From the human T2T-CHM13v2.0 reference genome, Homo sapiens: 64,000 nucleotides of DNA. The position numbers were made by a program, and so were the translations under genes. The notes under the pieces were generated by a model. That model made no database searches. It was not told the origin of the DNA and saw nothing but the letters and a program-made list of their open reading frames with translations. The first letter of the stretch is position 1. Every line of letters starts with the position of its first letter. The stretch lies in the NCBI RefSeq assembly GCF_009914755.1, contig NC_060938.1. One strand, written 5' to 3'. This document shows positions 28,701 to 46,632 of this stretch, piece by piece.

Positions 28701-31700
28701 CTGGTGTTTTTATTTCCTCGTATGGCTTTGACTTACTGTCTGGTGTCCCATTAGCATCTCTAGTAGGACAGATCTACTAAAAGTTTCCCTTTCACCCTAG
28801 ACCCCAGGTCTACCAGACCTTCTGAGAAACAGCCATTCTTGTCTGTCTCCTGGATGATTTTCCAGAGAATATAAGCTTTTAAGAAACTTTTTATTGAGGT
28901 ATAATATATATGCCAAATATATTTTAAGTACATAATTATGTTCATTGTAAAAAGTCAAACAATGCCAAAATTTATAAGAAATTAAAAGAAAAAGCCCCTA
29001 CCCCTTCTCTCTCCCCAGGGATAACCACCATTAACAGTTAGGGACCTAAAAACTTTATGGTCTTTCTTGATCTCAGAAACTTCTGATCTTTCTGAATTCC
29101 TTTCACCCTTCCTTCTCTCCATCGAATTACTTCTCCTGCTTTGCATATAAGAACCCTAATAGGTAGGTATTATCATCTCCATTGGACACAAGGCAGAGCA
29201 AGGAGTTCAAACACAGAAAATGTATAATTCAAGTGTAATGTTCTTTCTGCCATGTTCCTCTGCCTGGGTCCTGCCTGGAATCTTAAAAGTTTAATTGCTC
29301 TGTCACATAAGGTAGCAGATACATTGTCCTGTTAAAATATAATTAAGGCCTTATTTTTTAGACAGGAGAAGACCTGGTTCTGTGGGAGTTGTGACAGAAT
29401 AGCCTTTATTGCCTGAACTGTAGTAAAAAAGATGCCACCTGCTTTAAGAAGGGTACTTTGGATTGGGCTGGTTATTTAGAGCCTGACTTGGTCAGTGGAA
29501 GGGGCTAGGACTGGAATAAGACCTGCCCACGAAGTCAGGGTTAGGACCAGCTGGTGAAGGGGGGGGATTATATTACTTACTATCTGATAATCCAATCCAA
29601 GGAGATTTATATAATCCAACCAAATGGCAGAATCAGCAAGAGCAACTTCCAGAAGAAATTCCTGACATTCCCCAAACATCCCAGGCTTTCACACACTGTT
29701 GTACCTTTGCACACACTCTACTTAGAATGCTTTTTCTGCCTTGTCTGCTCAGAATATTTATTTTTCACAATTACGTTATAATATCACCACCTCTGTAAGG
29801 CTACACTGCATGTGTGTGAAATATTTGTTTACTTGCCTGCCTCCCATGTGAGTATGTGTACTCATCTTCACTTTTGAAACATAGTTTTGCTGCAGATAGG
29901 ATTCTTTGCTTACAGGTTTGGGTTTTTTTCCTGTCTTTCAGCACTTTAAATATGTCATCTCACTGCCTTCTGGAACTCTATGGTTTCAAATGAGAATTTG
30001 GCTCTTAATCTTATTGGGGATATTTTGTATGTGTTAATCACTTCTCTCTTGCTGCTTTCAAGATTCTTTGTCTTTGTTTTTGTCAGTTTGACTATACTGT
30101 GTCTCAATGTGGATCTCCTAGAATTTGTCCTGATTAAAGATCTTGAGCTTCTTAAAAATGTGTAGATTGAAGTCTTACCTGTATAGATTTCAGTCTTCCA
30201 TGAAATTTGGGAAGTTTTTGGCTATTATTTCTTCAAACATTCTTTCTGTTCCACTTTCTCCGGTCCCTCTTGGACTCCTATTAAGCATATATTGGTATAC
30301 TTGATGGTGTCTCATAGTCTCTTGGGCTCTGTTTATTTTTCATTTTTTTTCTTTCTGCTCTTCAGACTGGATAATTTCAACTAACCTGTCTTCAAGTTCG
30401 CTGATTCTTTCTCCTGCCTGCTCAAACGTGCTGTTAAACCTCTGTAATGAATTTATTATTTCAGTTATTGTACTTTTCAGCTGCAGAATTTCTATTTCCT
30501 TTTTATCATTTCTACTTCTTTATTGATATTCTCTATTTGTTGAGACATTGTTGATTGTGAGTTTTTTGCCAGGTTTTTCTGTGTTTCTAGGGAGGTACAG
30601 GCCTGCAGAGCCCCTTGCTCCACCATTTTCGTGGATGTGTTCTGTATTACTAAGTTTGAAGAGTTTTTTCAGAAAATATATTGTGGATCTAACTAAGTCC
30701 TTTATCAGATTATGATTTGCAAATACTTTCTCAGTCTGAGGCTTGTCTTATTCTCTTAACAGTGTCTTTTGATGAGCAGAAGATACTAACTTTAAGTACA
30801 GTTTATCTTTTTTTGTCTTGTGCTGTCAGTATTGTATCTAAGAAATCTTACGTAACATAAGGTCACAGAAATTTTCTCCTCTGTGTTTTTTCTAGAAATT
30901 TTATAGTTTTACATTTTGTATTTAGAGCTGTAATTCATTTTGAGTTCATTTTTTGTGAGACAAGTATTCTTGTGGGTGCTGTAGTGGGTTTGCTTTTTTT
31001 TTTTTGCTATTTTAATGTGCATTTCCTTTATGACCAGTGATGTTCATATTTTCTTTTGCTTGTTGGCTATGTTGTGTTTTTTTTAAATGTCTGGTCAAAT
31101 CTTTTGTCCATTTTGTTCATTTTATTGTGATGTCTATTTGAGTTGTAAGCATTCTTTATGCATTGTGGATATAAATCCTTTGTCAGGTATATGTTTTGCC
31201 AGTGTTTATTCCCAATCTGTGTTTTGCCTTTTTCTTTGCTTAACTATGTTTTTTTGATTAGAAAGTTCTTAATTTTGATGTTTAATTCATCAGTGTTTTT
31301 TATGATTCAGTTTCCTAAGAAATCTTTGCCAAACCCCAAGATCATGAAGATTCTTCACTATGTTTTCTTCTAGAAGTTTTTTTTCTTGTGATCCAATTTG
31401 AATTAAGTTTTAATATATGAGGTCAATGTTCTTCCCCCCACCCTCCGCCCAAAGCATTCAGTTATTTCAATACTATTTATTGAATAGACTACCATTTGAA
31501 TACAGTGAATTACCTTGGTATCTTTGTTGAAAAGCAATTGTCTGGGTCTGTTTCTGGCCTTTCCCTTGTGTTCTATTGAGCTATATATCTGACTTTTCCC
31601 TTATGATCTATTGAGCTACACATCTGTCTTGATTAACATAGCTCTATAAGAAGTCATGAAATCACATAGTTGGAGACCACTTTTTCTTTTTAAAAATGTT

Positions 31701-32825
31701 TTTGCTATTACAAGACTTTTGCATTTTTATATAGGTTTTAGAATCAGCATGCCAGTATCTTAAAAAAAAAAAAAACCTGCTGGGGATTTTGGTTGGGATT
31801 GTGTTAAATTGACATCTTAACAATATTACGCCCATGAGCATTGTCTATCTCTTCATTTATTTAGGTCTTTCATTTCTCTCAGCAGTGTTTTGTAGCTTTT
31901 CAGAGTGTAGTCTTTTTCCACATCTTTTACTAAGTTTTTACCTATTGTGAATAGAATTGTTCTCTAATTTTCTGATTAATTCTTGCTGTTATACAGATTT
32001 GCCTTGTTTCATTACAACTTGTTAAAGTCACTTATTCTTATAAATATGTTGGTAGGATTTTCTATGTAGATGATCATATGTGAAAACAGTTTTACTTCAT
32101 CCTTCACAGTTTTGTCTTCTTTTCCCTTGGAGTACACTGTTGAATCAGAGACTAAGGTGAACGTTTGTAGATTCCCTTCGCTAGGTTGAAAAAATTTATT
32201 TTACCCACAGTTTGCTTTACAGTTTTGTTATGATTGGATATTGACATTTGTCAGATGCCCTTTTGTATCTGTTGACATTGTGTCACAGTACAGTGTGGAA
32301 ATTAATGCACATTTGTAGATGCCCTTTATTAGGTTGAGAAAATTCCCGTCTGTTTCTGGTTTGTCCTACAGTTTTATCATGATTGGTTGTTGAATTTTGT
32401 CAAATGCTCTTTCTGCATCTATTGAGATGGTCATACTTTTTTCACCCCTTATTGTATTAACATGGTGTATTACTTTACTTTTCAGATGATATCTAATCTT
32501 ATATTTCTAAGATAAATCCAGTTAAGATATATTATCCTTTTTTTTTTAATTAAAAGAAAAACTACCAATGATTGACTAAATTTGCCAGGTACTCTTGTGG
32601 CGTTTATGTGTTGTTTCTAATTCTTACAATAACCTGTAATTAGCTTCTAGTTTGAGGGATGATAAAATTGAGGCTGAGGTCTCAGGAAAAAACATATAGA
32701 ACATGAAGGAAAGTCTAAACTTCATACCTTCAATGCCCCTAGTACTCTTTCTACTATACCATGCTACTTTTTGTAATAATTTATGGTTAAAAAACATTGA
32801 AGATCATATTGATGTTTTATGTACT

Positions 32826-32948
32826 TTTTTTTTGGATGGAGGTCTCACTATGTTGCTCAAGGTGGACTCAAATTCCTGGGCTCAAGCAATCCTCCTGCTT
32901 CAGCCTTTCAAGTAGCTGGGACTACAGGTGCATAACACTGTGCCTGGC
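32826..32948 (-). mobile_element. FLAM (Alu monomer)
   Basis: ggtctcactatgttgc..ctcaagcaatcctcc..ctgtgcctggc. Confidence 0.85.
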
Positions 32949-33183
32949 TTTTATGTACATTTTTAAGATATGTTTATTATTTCCTAGAATGTAAATAATT
33001 GATTCATGAAAAAAAAATTCTAATAGCTTTTGACCTCTACCATTGAATGTCTTTCTTCTAATTTTATCTTAGCTGTTGCTGTGAACCAAAGTAACTAACA
33101 AATCTTTAAGAGTATTTCTTTTTGTCTCCAAATTTGTAGGAGCACATAAAGTGTATTAACTATCTATCCCGAGGTAACATGGG

Positions 33184-33740
33184 TGTATTAGTCACAGTTC
33201 TCCAGAGAAACAGAAACAACAGGATATGTGTGTGTGTGTGTGTGTGTGCGTGTGTGTGTGTCTCTGTGTGTGTAGAGAAGGAGAGGGAAGGATTGATTAA
33301 TTTATTATAAGGTATTGACTCACATGATTATGTAGTGTGAACAGTCCCATTATCTGTTTGCAAACTGGAGACCCAGGAAAGTCCCGCAGTGTAGTTTGAA
33401 TGTCTGGAGCCAAACAGCTGATGGTATAGGTTCCAGTCCGGATCTGAAGGCCTGAGAACCAGGAACACCAAGGACAGAAGATTGATGTCCTACCTCAAGC
33501 AGTCAGACAGCAAATTTAACCTTTTTCTGCCTTCTGGTTTTATTCAGGCCCTCAGTGGACTAGCTAATGTCTACCCACGCTGGGGATGGCCATCTGCTTT
33601 GCTCAGTTCACCAGTAAACTGAGTAAAGTTTACCAATCTTTTCCAGAAACACTCTCACAGACACATCCAAACATAAGTTTAACCAGATATCTGGGCGTCC
33701 TGTGGCCTGGTAAAGGTAACACATAAAATTAACCATCACA
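33184..33740 (-). mobile_element. MLT2 (ERVL) solo LTR with internal (TG)n
   Basis: tgtattagtc..ttctccagagaaacagaa ... acacataaaattaaccatcaca termini. Confidence 0.88.
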
Positions 33741-34228
33741 CTGTATTAATCTTGATCTTGAATTTTTTGGGAATGTTTTATATTACTTTTAATTCAATTA
33801 TTTTTAAACCTTTTTTTATTTTGAAATTATTCTAAAGTTACAGGAAAGTTGCAAGAAAAGTACAAAGAACTACATATGCCCTTACCTAGATTAACCACTC
33901 TTTATTATTTTCCACATTCACTTTATCATCCTGCAGTATTGTACATTTGCATGTAACTTCCCTTTTCTGAACCGTTGGAGAGTAGGTTGCATATATCTGG
34001 TCCCCCTACCCCTTAATGCTTCAGTATTTCCTAAGAACAGTGATAGTCTACTAAATAACCTAAATATGGATACCAATTTCAGGAAACTTAGCATAAATAC
34101 AATACTTTCAACTAAATATTGTTTTGGTCAATTGCCTCGGTGATGTCCTTTGGAGCAGTTTTATTCCCCAGTGCAGGATACAGTCCAGGATCCTTCATGC
34201 ATTTGTAGTAAATAAAATACAGTTCATC

Positions 34229-36446
34229 TTTTTTTTTTAACTTTTTTTTTTTTTTAGGTTTGGGGGTACATGTGAAGGTTTGTTACATAGGTAAACAACA
34301 TGTCATGGGGGTTTGTTGCACATATTATTTCATCACCCAGGTATTAAGCCCAATAGCCAATAGTTATCTTTTCTGCTCCTCTCCCTCCTCCCACCCTCCT
34401 GCGTCAGGTAGACCCCAGTGTCTCTTGTTTCCTTCTTTGTGTTCATGAGTTCTTATCATTTAGCTCCCACTTACAAGTGAGAACATGCGGTATTTGGTTT
34501 TTTGTTCCTGTATTACTGTGCTAAGGATAATAGCCTCCGGCTCCATCCATGTTCCTGCAAAAGACATGATCTTACTCTTTTTTATGGCTGCACAATATTT
34601 TATCGTGTATTTGTACCCTATTTTCTTTATCCAGTCTGTCACTGATGGGCATTTAGGCTGATTCCACGTCTTTGCTATTGTGAATAGTGCTGCAGTGAAC
34701 ATTTGTGTGCATGTGTCTTTATGGTAGAATGATTTATAGTCCTCTGGCTATATACCCAGTAATGAGATTGCTGGGTAAAATGGTAGTTCTGCTTTTTGCT
34801 CTTTGTGGATTGCCATACTGCTTTCCACAGTGGTTGGACTAATTTACACTACCACCAACAGGGTATAAGTGTTTCCTTTTCTCCACAACCTTACCCGCAT
34901 CTGTTATTTTTTGACTTTGTGATAATAGCCATTCTGACTGGTGTGAGATGGTATCTCATTGTAGTTTTGATTTGCATTTCTCTAATGATTAGTGATGTTG
35001 AGCTTTTTTTCATATGCCTGTTGGTCGCGTATATGTCTTCTTTTGAGAAGTATCTGCTTATGTCCTTTGGCCACTTTTTAATGGGGTTGTTTTTTTCTTG
35101 TAAATTAAAGTTCCTTATAAATGCTTTTGATAAAATTCAGCAGCCCTTCATGTTAAAAACTCTCAATAAACTACATATTGAGGGAACATACCTCAAAATA
35201 ATAAGAGCCATCTATGACAAACCCACAGCCAACATTATACTGAATGGGCAAAAGCTAGAAGCATTCCTCTTGAGAACCGACACAAGACGAGGATACTCTC
35301 TCACCACTTCAACATAGTTTTGGGAGTCCTAGCCAGAGCAGTCAGGCAAGAGAAGGAAATAAAGGGCATCCAAATAGGAAGAGAGGAAGTCAAACTATCT
35401 CTTTGCAGATTACATGATTCTGTATCTAGAAAACCCCTTAGTCTTGGCCCAAAAGCTTCTCCAGCTGATAAACAACTTCAGCAAAGTTGCAGGATGCAAA
35501 ATCAACATACAAAATTCACTAGCATTCCTATACACCAAAAACAGCCAAACCTAGAGCCAAATCAGAAAGGCAATCCCATTCACAGTGGCTACAAAAAGAA
35601 TGAAATACCTAGGAATACAGCTAACAAGGGAGGTGAAAGATCTCTACAATGAGAATTACAAAGCACTGCTCAAAGAAATCAGAGAAAATACAAACAAATG
35701 GAAAAACATCCCATGCTCATGTATAGGAAGAATCAATATCATTAAAATGGCTATTGTGCCCAAAACAATTTACAGATTCACTGCTATTCCTGTCAAACTA
35801 CCAACAACATTCTTCACAAAACTAGAAAAAGCTATTTTAAAATTCATGTGGAACGAAAAAAGAGCACAAATAGCCAAGGCAATCCTAAGCAAAAAGAACA
35901 AAGCTGGAGGCATCACATTACCCATCTTCAAACTATACTACAAGGCTCCAGTAACCAAAACAGCATAGTACTGGTACAAAAACAGGCACATAGACCAGTG
36001 GAACAGAATACAGAGCCCAGAAATGAGGCCACACATCTACAACCATCTGATCTTTGACAAAGATGACAAAAAACAAGCAATAGGGAAAAGACTCTCTGTT
36101 TATTAAATGGTGCTGGGATATCTGGCTAGCCATATGCAGAAGATTGAAGCTGGACCCCTTCCTAACACCATACACAAAAACCACCTCAAGATGGATTAAA
36201 GACTTAGATGTAAAACCCAAAACTATAAAAACCCTGGAAGACAACCTAGGCATTATCATCCTGGACATAAGAATGGGCAAAGATTTCATGACAAGGACTC
36301 CAAAACCAATCGCAACAAAAGCAAAAATTGACAAGTGGGATCTAGTTAAACTTAAGGGTTTCTGCACAGCAAAAGAAACTACCAACAGAGTAAACAGACA
36401 ACCTACAGAATAGGAGAAAATATTTGCAAACTATGCATCTGACAAA
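34229..36446 (-). mobile_element. Older L1PA, 5'-truncated and 5'-inverted (34229-~35120 minus; ~35121-36446 plus)
   Basis: Poly(T) and L1 3'UTR on -, switching to sense ORF2 ([20 protein letters not shown]..) on +. Confidence 0.92.
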
Positions 36447-36761
36447 CATCATGTTTTATTATGCAGTGCTGAATCAGAGAAATTAATTCTTTATTATGTA
36501 TGGGACATCCATAGACAACATTTCTGAGTTGTAAAAGGAATTTAGAGTACATCGAATAATGCAATGCATAGACTAAGTTGAACCTTTCTGATTAGTGATT
36601 TAAATCAAGTCATTTCTATAGCAAGAATGTTCATTTCTTAAAAATGCTAGATTAAAAAAATCAATCAATTTCTCTTTCAAGTGCCTGATTCCAGCATGTT
36701 TTCTGTATATTCAATGTCACCTTTTTCAGTAAGATTAGGCACTTTAGAAAATGTTGGATGG

Positions 36762-37094
<333 letters not shown>

Positions 37095-37153
37095 TTATTT
37101 ATTCAAATGTTAGCCATCAGCTGGAATGAGAAGGAATTTGACTTACTTTTTTT

Positions 37154-37640
37154 GTGTTAGTTATCTGTTGTCGTGTAACAGATAACTCCAGAACTTGCTG
37201 GTTTTAAACAATAAACATTTAATTACTGATAGTTTCTGTTGATCAGGGATTTGGGAGCTGCTTAGCTGTGTGGTTCTGGCTTAGGGTCTTGTATGAAGTT
37301 GCTCTCAGGCTGTTAGCCAAATTGCAGTCGTATGAAGGCTTGATTGGGGCTGGAGGATTCACTTCTAACATGGCTTATTCACATAACAGAAGGTAGAATG
37401 GCCTCCATTCCTTACCAACTGGGTGTCTCCATGGTGTATGTTGAAAATTTTTATGACATGGCAGCTGGCTTCCTCCATAGCATGTGATCCATGATAGTGA
37501 GGAGGAAGTCACAATGCCTTTTATGACATTGTCATTTCTGCCACAGTCTTTTTTGTTGAAGCAAGTTAGCAAGCACTAAGCACATCTACAATCAAGGAGA
37601 GGGGCAGGCTTTACCTTTTGAAGGAAGAAGTATGAAAGTG
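37154..37640 (-). mobile_element. MLT1 (old MaLR) LTR
   Basis: tgtgttagttatctgttg..gtaaca..aaacaataaacattt..ctgtgtggttctggcttagggtc. Confidence 0.75.
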
Positions 37641-39897
37641 TATCACTGACTGATCAAGTAGAGGTAAGCAGTGGAGGACACTCAGAATACCTTTTGACAG
37701 AAGGTATTAATTAAATTGTTTATTTTCCAGGGAAGGGAATGGTTTTATTTTGTTTCTAAAGTCCAGTCTGTTATTAAGACTTGGACTGTTATTGAACTAT
37801 ACACTTAGATATTATTTTTTTTTAATTCTGCTTGGGAAGTCTTAAAATTCATATTCTTGAAGGAAAACATCTAAAAGAAATTATGAAATTCAACTGAAAT
37901 ATGTGAATAGTACTTATTTTTTTTACTAAGGTTTTGTTTTGGAGACTTGTTTGAAATAAAGTGATCCTCATTCAGGATTTAGAAACAAAAGTTATACTCC
38001 ACATGCTAGGGATTAGGAAGGCTAATGTGAACTGATCAAAAGTATGAATTATGGAATGCCTTTAGAATAATCAACTTTTAGGTAATTTGATACTGCTATA
38101 ATTTCAAGCTTAGAGAAAAGTTGTAAGAATGGCATAAGGAACTCCTATATATCCTTTATCTAGATTCACTAAATGTTCATTTTGTGCCATTTGTGTTATT
38201 CTTTGTCTCATCCTAGCCCAGTCAGCCTAACACCACCAGGGATAAACCAGTAGTCTGATAAAATTAAGTTTATTGACCCACGCCAGTGAGAGAGAGTGCA
38301 AACAAGAGGGACCACAGGGCTTCTTACCAAATGGAGTTACAGTAGATTTTATACAGGATTTTGGAGAAGGATAGCATTTAGGTAAAATTTAAATGCACTA
38401 CATTTTGTGGTGTCTAGGTTGGATGACAGTGTAAATCTGTATTGTCGAATGACTAAAACATCCTTTATAAATTAAACTTTTTATGTTTAAGTGAAGTACT
38501 ATTTATCATGTGTTTATGGAATTTTCTGCAATAAATTCATGTGTATGGATGGATTTATGATATGTTGAATTCATCACCAGAGGTTGAACTGTAGAGAAGT
38601 CCTTTAAGAGGAGGCATTTTATCTTCCTATTATATTTTATCAATTTTAAGATGGACTCAACCCTTCTACACACACGCTTCTTTCCATATGGATATTCAGT
38701 TTTTCTTGTACCATTTGTTTAAAAGATTTTATTTTCCCTCGTTGAATTGCTTTGGTGTCTTTGTTGAAAATGACTGGAAAAATATGGATCTGTTTCTGAG
38801 TTTTATTGAGAACTGGTCTTAGATGTATCAGCATGTTTAAAATGATGTTCTATAGATTGTGATCCTCAATCAATTTGTTCACTTAAGGCAGTTCTGTAGT
38901 TATTGTTTGAGAATGTATAAACATCAAAAGCGCCATCGTATACCTGTAGAGAATTACTAGTGCCTCTAAAAGGAAGAAAAGAAAGAAAAAAATCCAAGAG
39001 ACAATAAAGGAGTGCTCCTTTAACCCTACATTAATAGTTGTGGAGAGGAGCTAGGAAAAATAGTACTCTAGACCTACTTAACTCTAAAGCCCCCTTAAAA
39101 CTGGGCTCTTAGTTGTTTTATACATTCTTTTAAGAATACCAATCTTAATGGCATAGAATATTATTTTGTAAGGAATAAACAAAATATTGAAAGCTTAGAG
39201 TCAAAGCCATTTAAGAGATTTGAACTATGACTTTTTAGGAAAGCACAGAAATATATATGAGCAAAACTATGTTTAAATCCAAAACACTTTTTACAGTCAG
39301 TATGAAATATAAATTCTAATTGTAAGGAAGCATTGTATAAGTTTAATTTGGTTAATCAGTCTTCATAAAATAATCTGTGTCCTACATTTTGTGGTGTCTT
39401 AGATTTGATGAAATCTGATAGCAGTTTGTATTTGTGGTTTTCACTCTTTGATATATAATATTCTGTATTATTTTTTGTTCTCTTTCATTATTTTCACATG
39501 AAGTACCATGGTGTAACCTGCAGTCACTCAGTTATGGGTTAGTGTATTCCCACTAACTAACTCCTTGACCTTGGACAGGTGTTTAACCTTTCTGAGAACT
39601 GGTTTTTGCAACTATAAATGAGATTATATTTACCTAGTGGCATTATTATGTTTTATTCTTTTCCACTTAAATACCAAGAGATTGCACATACATTGTACTT
39701 AAATCTCATTAACATTTCTAGTAGGCTGTTCATATACCCTTGGTGAAGTGAAACTTTAATGTTATTAAGATGTTGGTCTTCTTTTCTTTGATCTTTTAGA
39801 GAAAAGTTATATTTCAGTAATGATTATAAGTATTTTTATTTGTTTAACTAGTGGAGAGTGAGGAGATAGGGACAGACCAATGTCTTTCAGTATGTAA

Positions 39898-40392
<495 letters not shown>

Positions 40393-40896
40393 TAAATGAT
40401 GAACAATTCTGGGTAAAGCTTTGAAGAAAAATTAAATAGAAATTTCCTTGATTGACATAGGAGTTGTAGTTCTGCAAATATAATTTGTTAATATGTAAAA
40501 TGGGCTTAGGTTCTAGGTTAATTACAAGTAGATTTTTTTAACCTACTTGAATGTCCAGATGGAAATTTGAAAGTCTAGACTATCGTTTGTTGTGTAGGAC
40601 TGTTTGGAGCATTGCAAGATGTCCTATAATCCTGGCCTCTTTCCACTAAATACCAGTGGTCATCTTAATTGTTTTGACAGCTAAAAAACATTCCCTTCAA
40701 TTTAAAAAATGTTCCCGACTCTTAACACCCCAGTTGAGAACTACTGATCTTAGATGTATTAAAGGTAAGAAAAATTTAAATACTAGAGTATTAGATGACT
40801 TATTTGTCATTATGCATTGACTGCAAGTAATAAAAGTTGTTAATTTGAGACTTTTACAATTAAGATGACTGTATTAATGTTATTTTTCCTAGTAAA

Positions 40897-40933
40897 ATGA
40901 ATGAAAGTAAACCTGGTGACTCACAGAACCTTG
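40897..40933 (+). CDS. G2E3: G2E3 exon 2 coding part (exon starts 40893): MNESKPGDSQNL
   Basis: tttttcctag|taaaATG; donor TTG|GTAAGT; matches the recognised G2E3 N-terminus. Confidence 0.93.
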
Positions 40934-41241
40934 GTAAGTAACTGTATTTAAAATAATTTTATTACAATGAGTGTTTTAAATATGTTACTTAAACATTAGG
41001 ACTGAAGAGGAATGAATTCCCTGGCACAAGCTTAGTTTGTATGTCCACATACTAAAGTATAATATTGCATATATTTATTTCAACAAAAACCTATCAGAAG
41101 GCAATTTATTTGCCAAATTTTATATTTGTTTTATGTATATAAGATATGGTTCGTATCTCAATAAAACAGTTATTTAAAGGAAAAAATGCAGATGAGAACA
41201 ATTTAAACAATGTGTAAAAGTTTAACAGGAAAAGGAAAACT

Positions 41242-41546
<305 letters not shown>

Positions 41547-43249
41547 AAAAGGAAAACTTACCTCTACGTGCTCACAACAATCTTCCCAAATAGATGCGGT
41601 CCGTTTTGACCTTTGCTTTTAATTGTTGTTTTCTTCATTTATTATAAACAGTATCTGTTGTCTTGCTACAATGAAATATGAGGAATTTAAATGATTACAC
41701 TCTTCTGCCACTTCTACCTCATCCACTGTATTTTAGATCCTTTTAAATTCACTCTAAAATTAAAATATTATTCTTACAACTCTATATCTTGATCATTACT
41801 TTTAAAGTATCTTTTGACACCACATTATGTTGGATAAGGAAATTTATGCTCCTAAACCTCTTCTACTTTCTTTCCCTGCTTCTACCTCCAGCCTTCTGTC
41901 AGCTATGCTAATAGTTCTGAAACTTTTAGTACTTCATGGACTACCTCTATGCATTTGCCAAATGCAAATACACATCTACTATTGATACTTTTTCCTAAGA
42001 TGGACTGTTTCTTTATTTACATGAATGTATTTAAGGTAGAAACTTTACTTCATTATTGTAATAGAAACCAGTATCATTTACTACACTAGACACCAATCTT
42101 AATAATAAATATAATGAAATCAGGACAATTTTACCAAATTTTAAACATTAAAAGCAGGAAGGTACAAATGAATATAAAAATAATCTACTTATAAAAATGC
42201 ATGCCTGAAACCTAGTCTGTTCTGCATTCAAGGCCCTCCATACTGGGTAGAGGGAGACAAGGGGAGAGAGGAACAAATGGAAAACCACAGGTCCACAGCA
42301 TACAGCAGATGTACCTCCATCCAGGGTTCATGGCAAGAGTTTCCCCTCTTCTATAGTTTCAGCCAGTTCACAAGGACTCCTCTTTTGTAGACTCAGCTAA
42401 TTCTACATAATTCTCTTTCTCTTGAGCTTTATGCACACTTGCGGGTAAAAGTGTAGGTATTGGGGATGGAGTTAAGGTGGAGCTTACTGGTGTAGAATGT
42501 CCAATATGAACAAATGGCAATTTGCTGGAGTTAATGTGAACAGTTCCCTTGTATGGAAGGGAAGGAAGAGGAGCTGAAATCTTTTAAAGGGTTAGGAGAG
42601 ATACTTCGAGTTATGACTTATCCCTTTAAACCAGAGTGAGGGAGGGCAGAGTAGTTAGGCTATTTCACTATATTAAATACGAGCTCATCTTATTTCTTTT
42701 CAGTTCTAGAATCTATTTGGTGAGCAGCCTATTAACAAATATAATACCTTTTAACATGTGACATCTATTCTTGATTGCATGTATTATTCAAGGTAAATAA
42801 TACTAGTTTCCATAACTGGTAAACCCTGACATCTTACTGGTTTAAAACAAGAGAAGTTTATTGCTTGGTCAGGTTACAGTCCAGTGTGCATGGTTTAAGG
42901 AAGATGGAGCAGTTAGGGAGTTTCTGCGGTATGCAATCATTTAGAGATGCAAGCACCCTTCATCTTGTAGGGATCTACTTCTTAGGGATCCTGTCTTTTC
43001 AGCTAGTGATTTTCAACTTGTTTCATTAGCATCTTAATAAAATTTTCTGTATAAATAAACATGTAACAGAAAAGATTAGTTATTATACTAACATTTGGTT
43101 CTATGTATATGTCATATCCTGTTAATTATTTTAATATACACTGTCTTAGTCCTCACTAAGGCATAGTTTGAGGTAGGTACTATTATCCTCATTTTTATGA
43201 TGAGGAAATGGAGTCATAAAGCACTAGTGAAGTAAGCTAGTCATGGAAA

Positions 43250-43600
43250 GACAATACTGCATAATCTCCCTTATGTGTGGAATATAAAAAAGTCAAACTC
43301 ATAGAAACGGTATAGTGCTGGTTACCAGCGGTTGGGAGGATTGGGAGATGTTGGTGAAGGGATACAAAATTTTATAATAGACTGGTGGAATAAGTTCAAG
43401 AGATCTGTTGTACAACATGGTGACTATAGTTGATAACAATGTATTGTGTACTTGAAAATTAGTAAATTTTAAGTATTCTCACCACAAGTGGTAAATATGT
43501 GAAGTAATGCATATGATAATTAGCTCCATTTAGCTGTTCCACAATATGTACATATATCAAAACATCGTGCTAAACATTGTAAGTATATACAGTTTTCTAA
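43250..43600 (+). mobile_element. L1MA 3' end inserted in a MIR
   Basis: aaaagtcaaactcatagaa..ataagttcaagagatctgttgtacaacatggtgactatagtt. Confidence 0.8.
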
Positions 43601-43689
43601 AAAAGGATTAGTTGAGTCTTAACTCAGGTCTCTCTGACTCTTCAAGTTGTATTTTTGTGTGTGTTGGGAGGGGTGGATAAAATAGGCAT

Positions 43690-46300
<2,611 letters not shown>

Positions 46301-46534
46301 TAAATTGCCATTTTAACTACACAGTGAAATTCATCATTAAAGACTGGTGAAGAACATAAAGTTACATTAATGTTTCAGAAGTAGGTATTGGAAATTTTAA
46401 GTTACTGATATCAATATTATATGATTTGCTCTCAGAAAGAATTTAACACAGAAATTTAGAGAAGCACCAATTCCATAGGGTTTTTTTGAAATATTTAAAT
46501 ATATTTTTATATCTATTTACTTTTTCACTGTTAG

Positions 46535-46632
46535 CTTGTGTTTTCTGTCGAAAACATGATGACTGTCCTAATAAATACGGAGAAAAGAAAACTAAGGAGA
46601 AATGGAATCTCACTGTACATTACTACTGTTTG
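46535..46632 (+). CDS. G2E3: G2E3 exon 3 (98 nt): [33 protein letters not shown], pre-PHD C2HC knuckle
   Basis: ctgttag| ... TTG|GTGAGT; frame continuous with exon 2. Confidence 0.96.

Noticed and set aside
34796-36413. ORFs with reverse-transcriptase-like sequence
   Set aside because: Broken L1 ORF2 fragments; 34796-35317 is a chimera across the inversion junction
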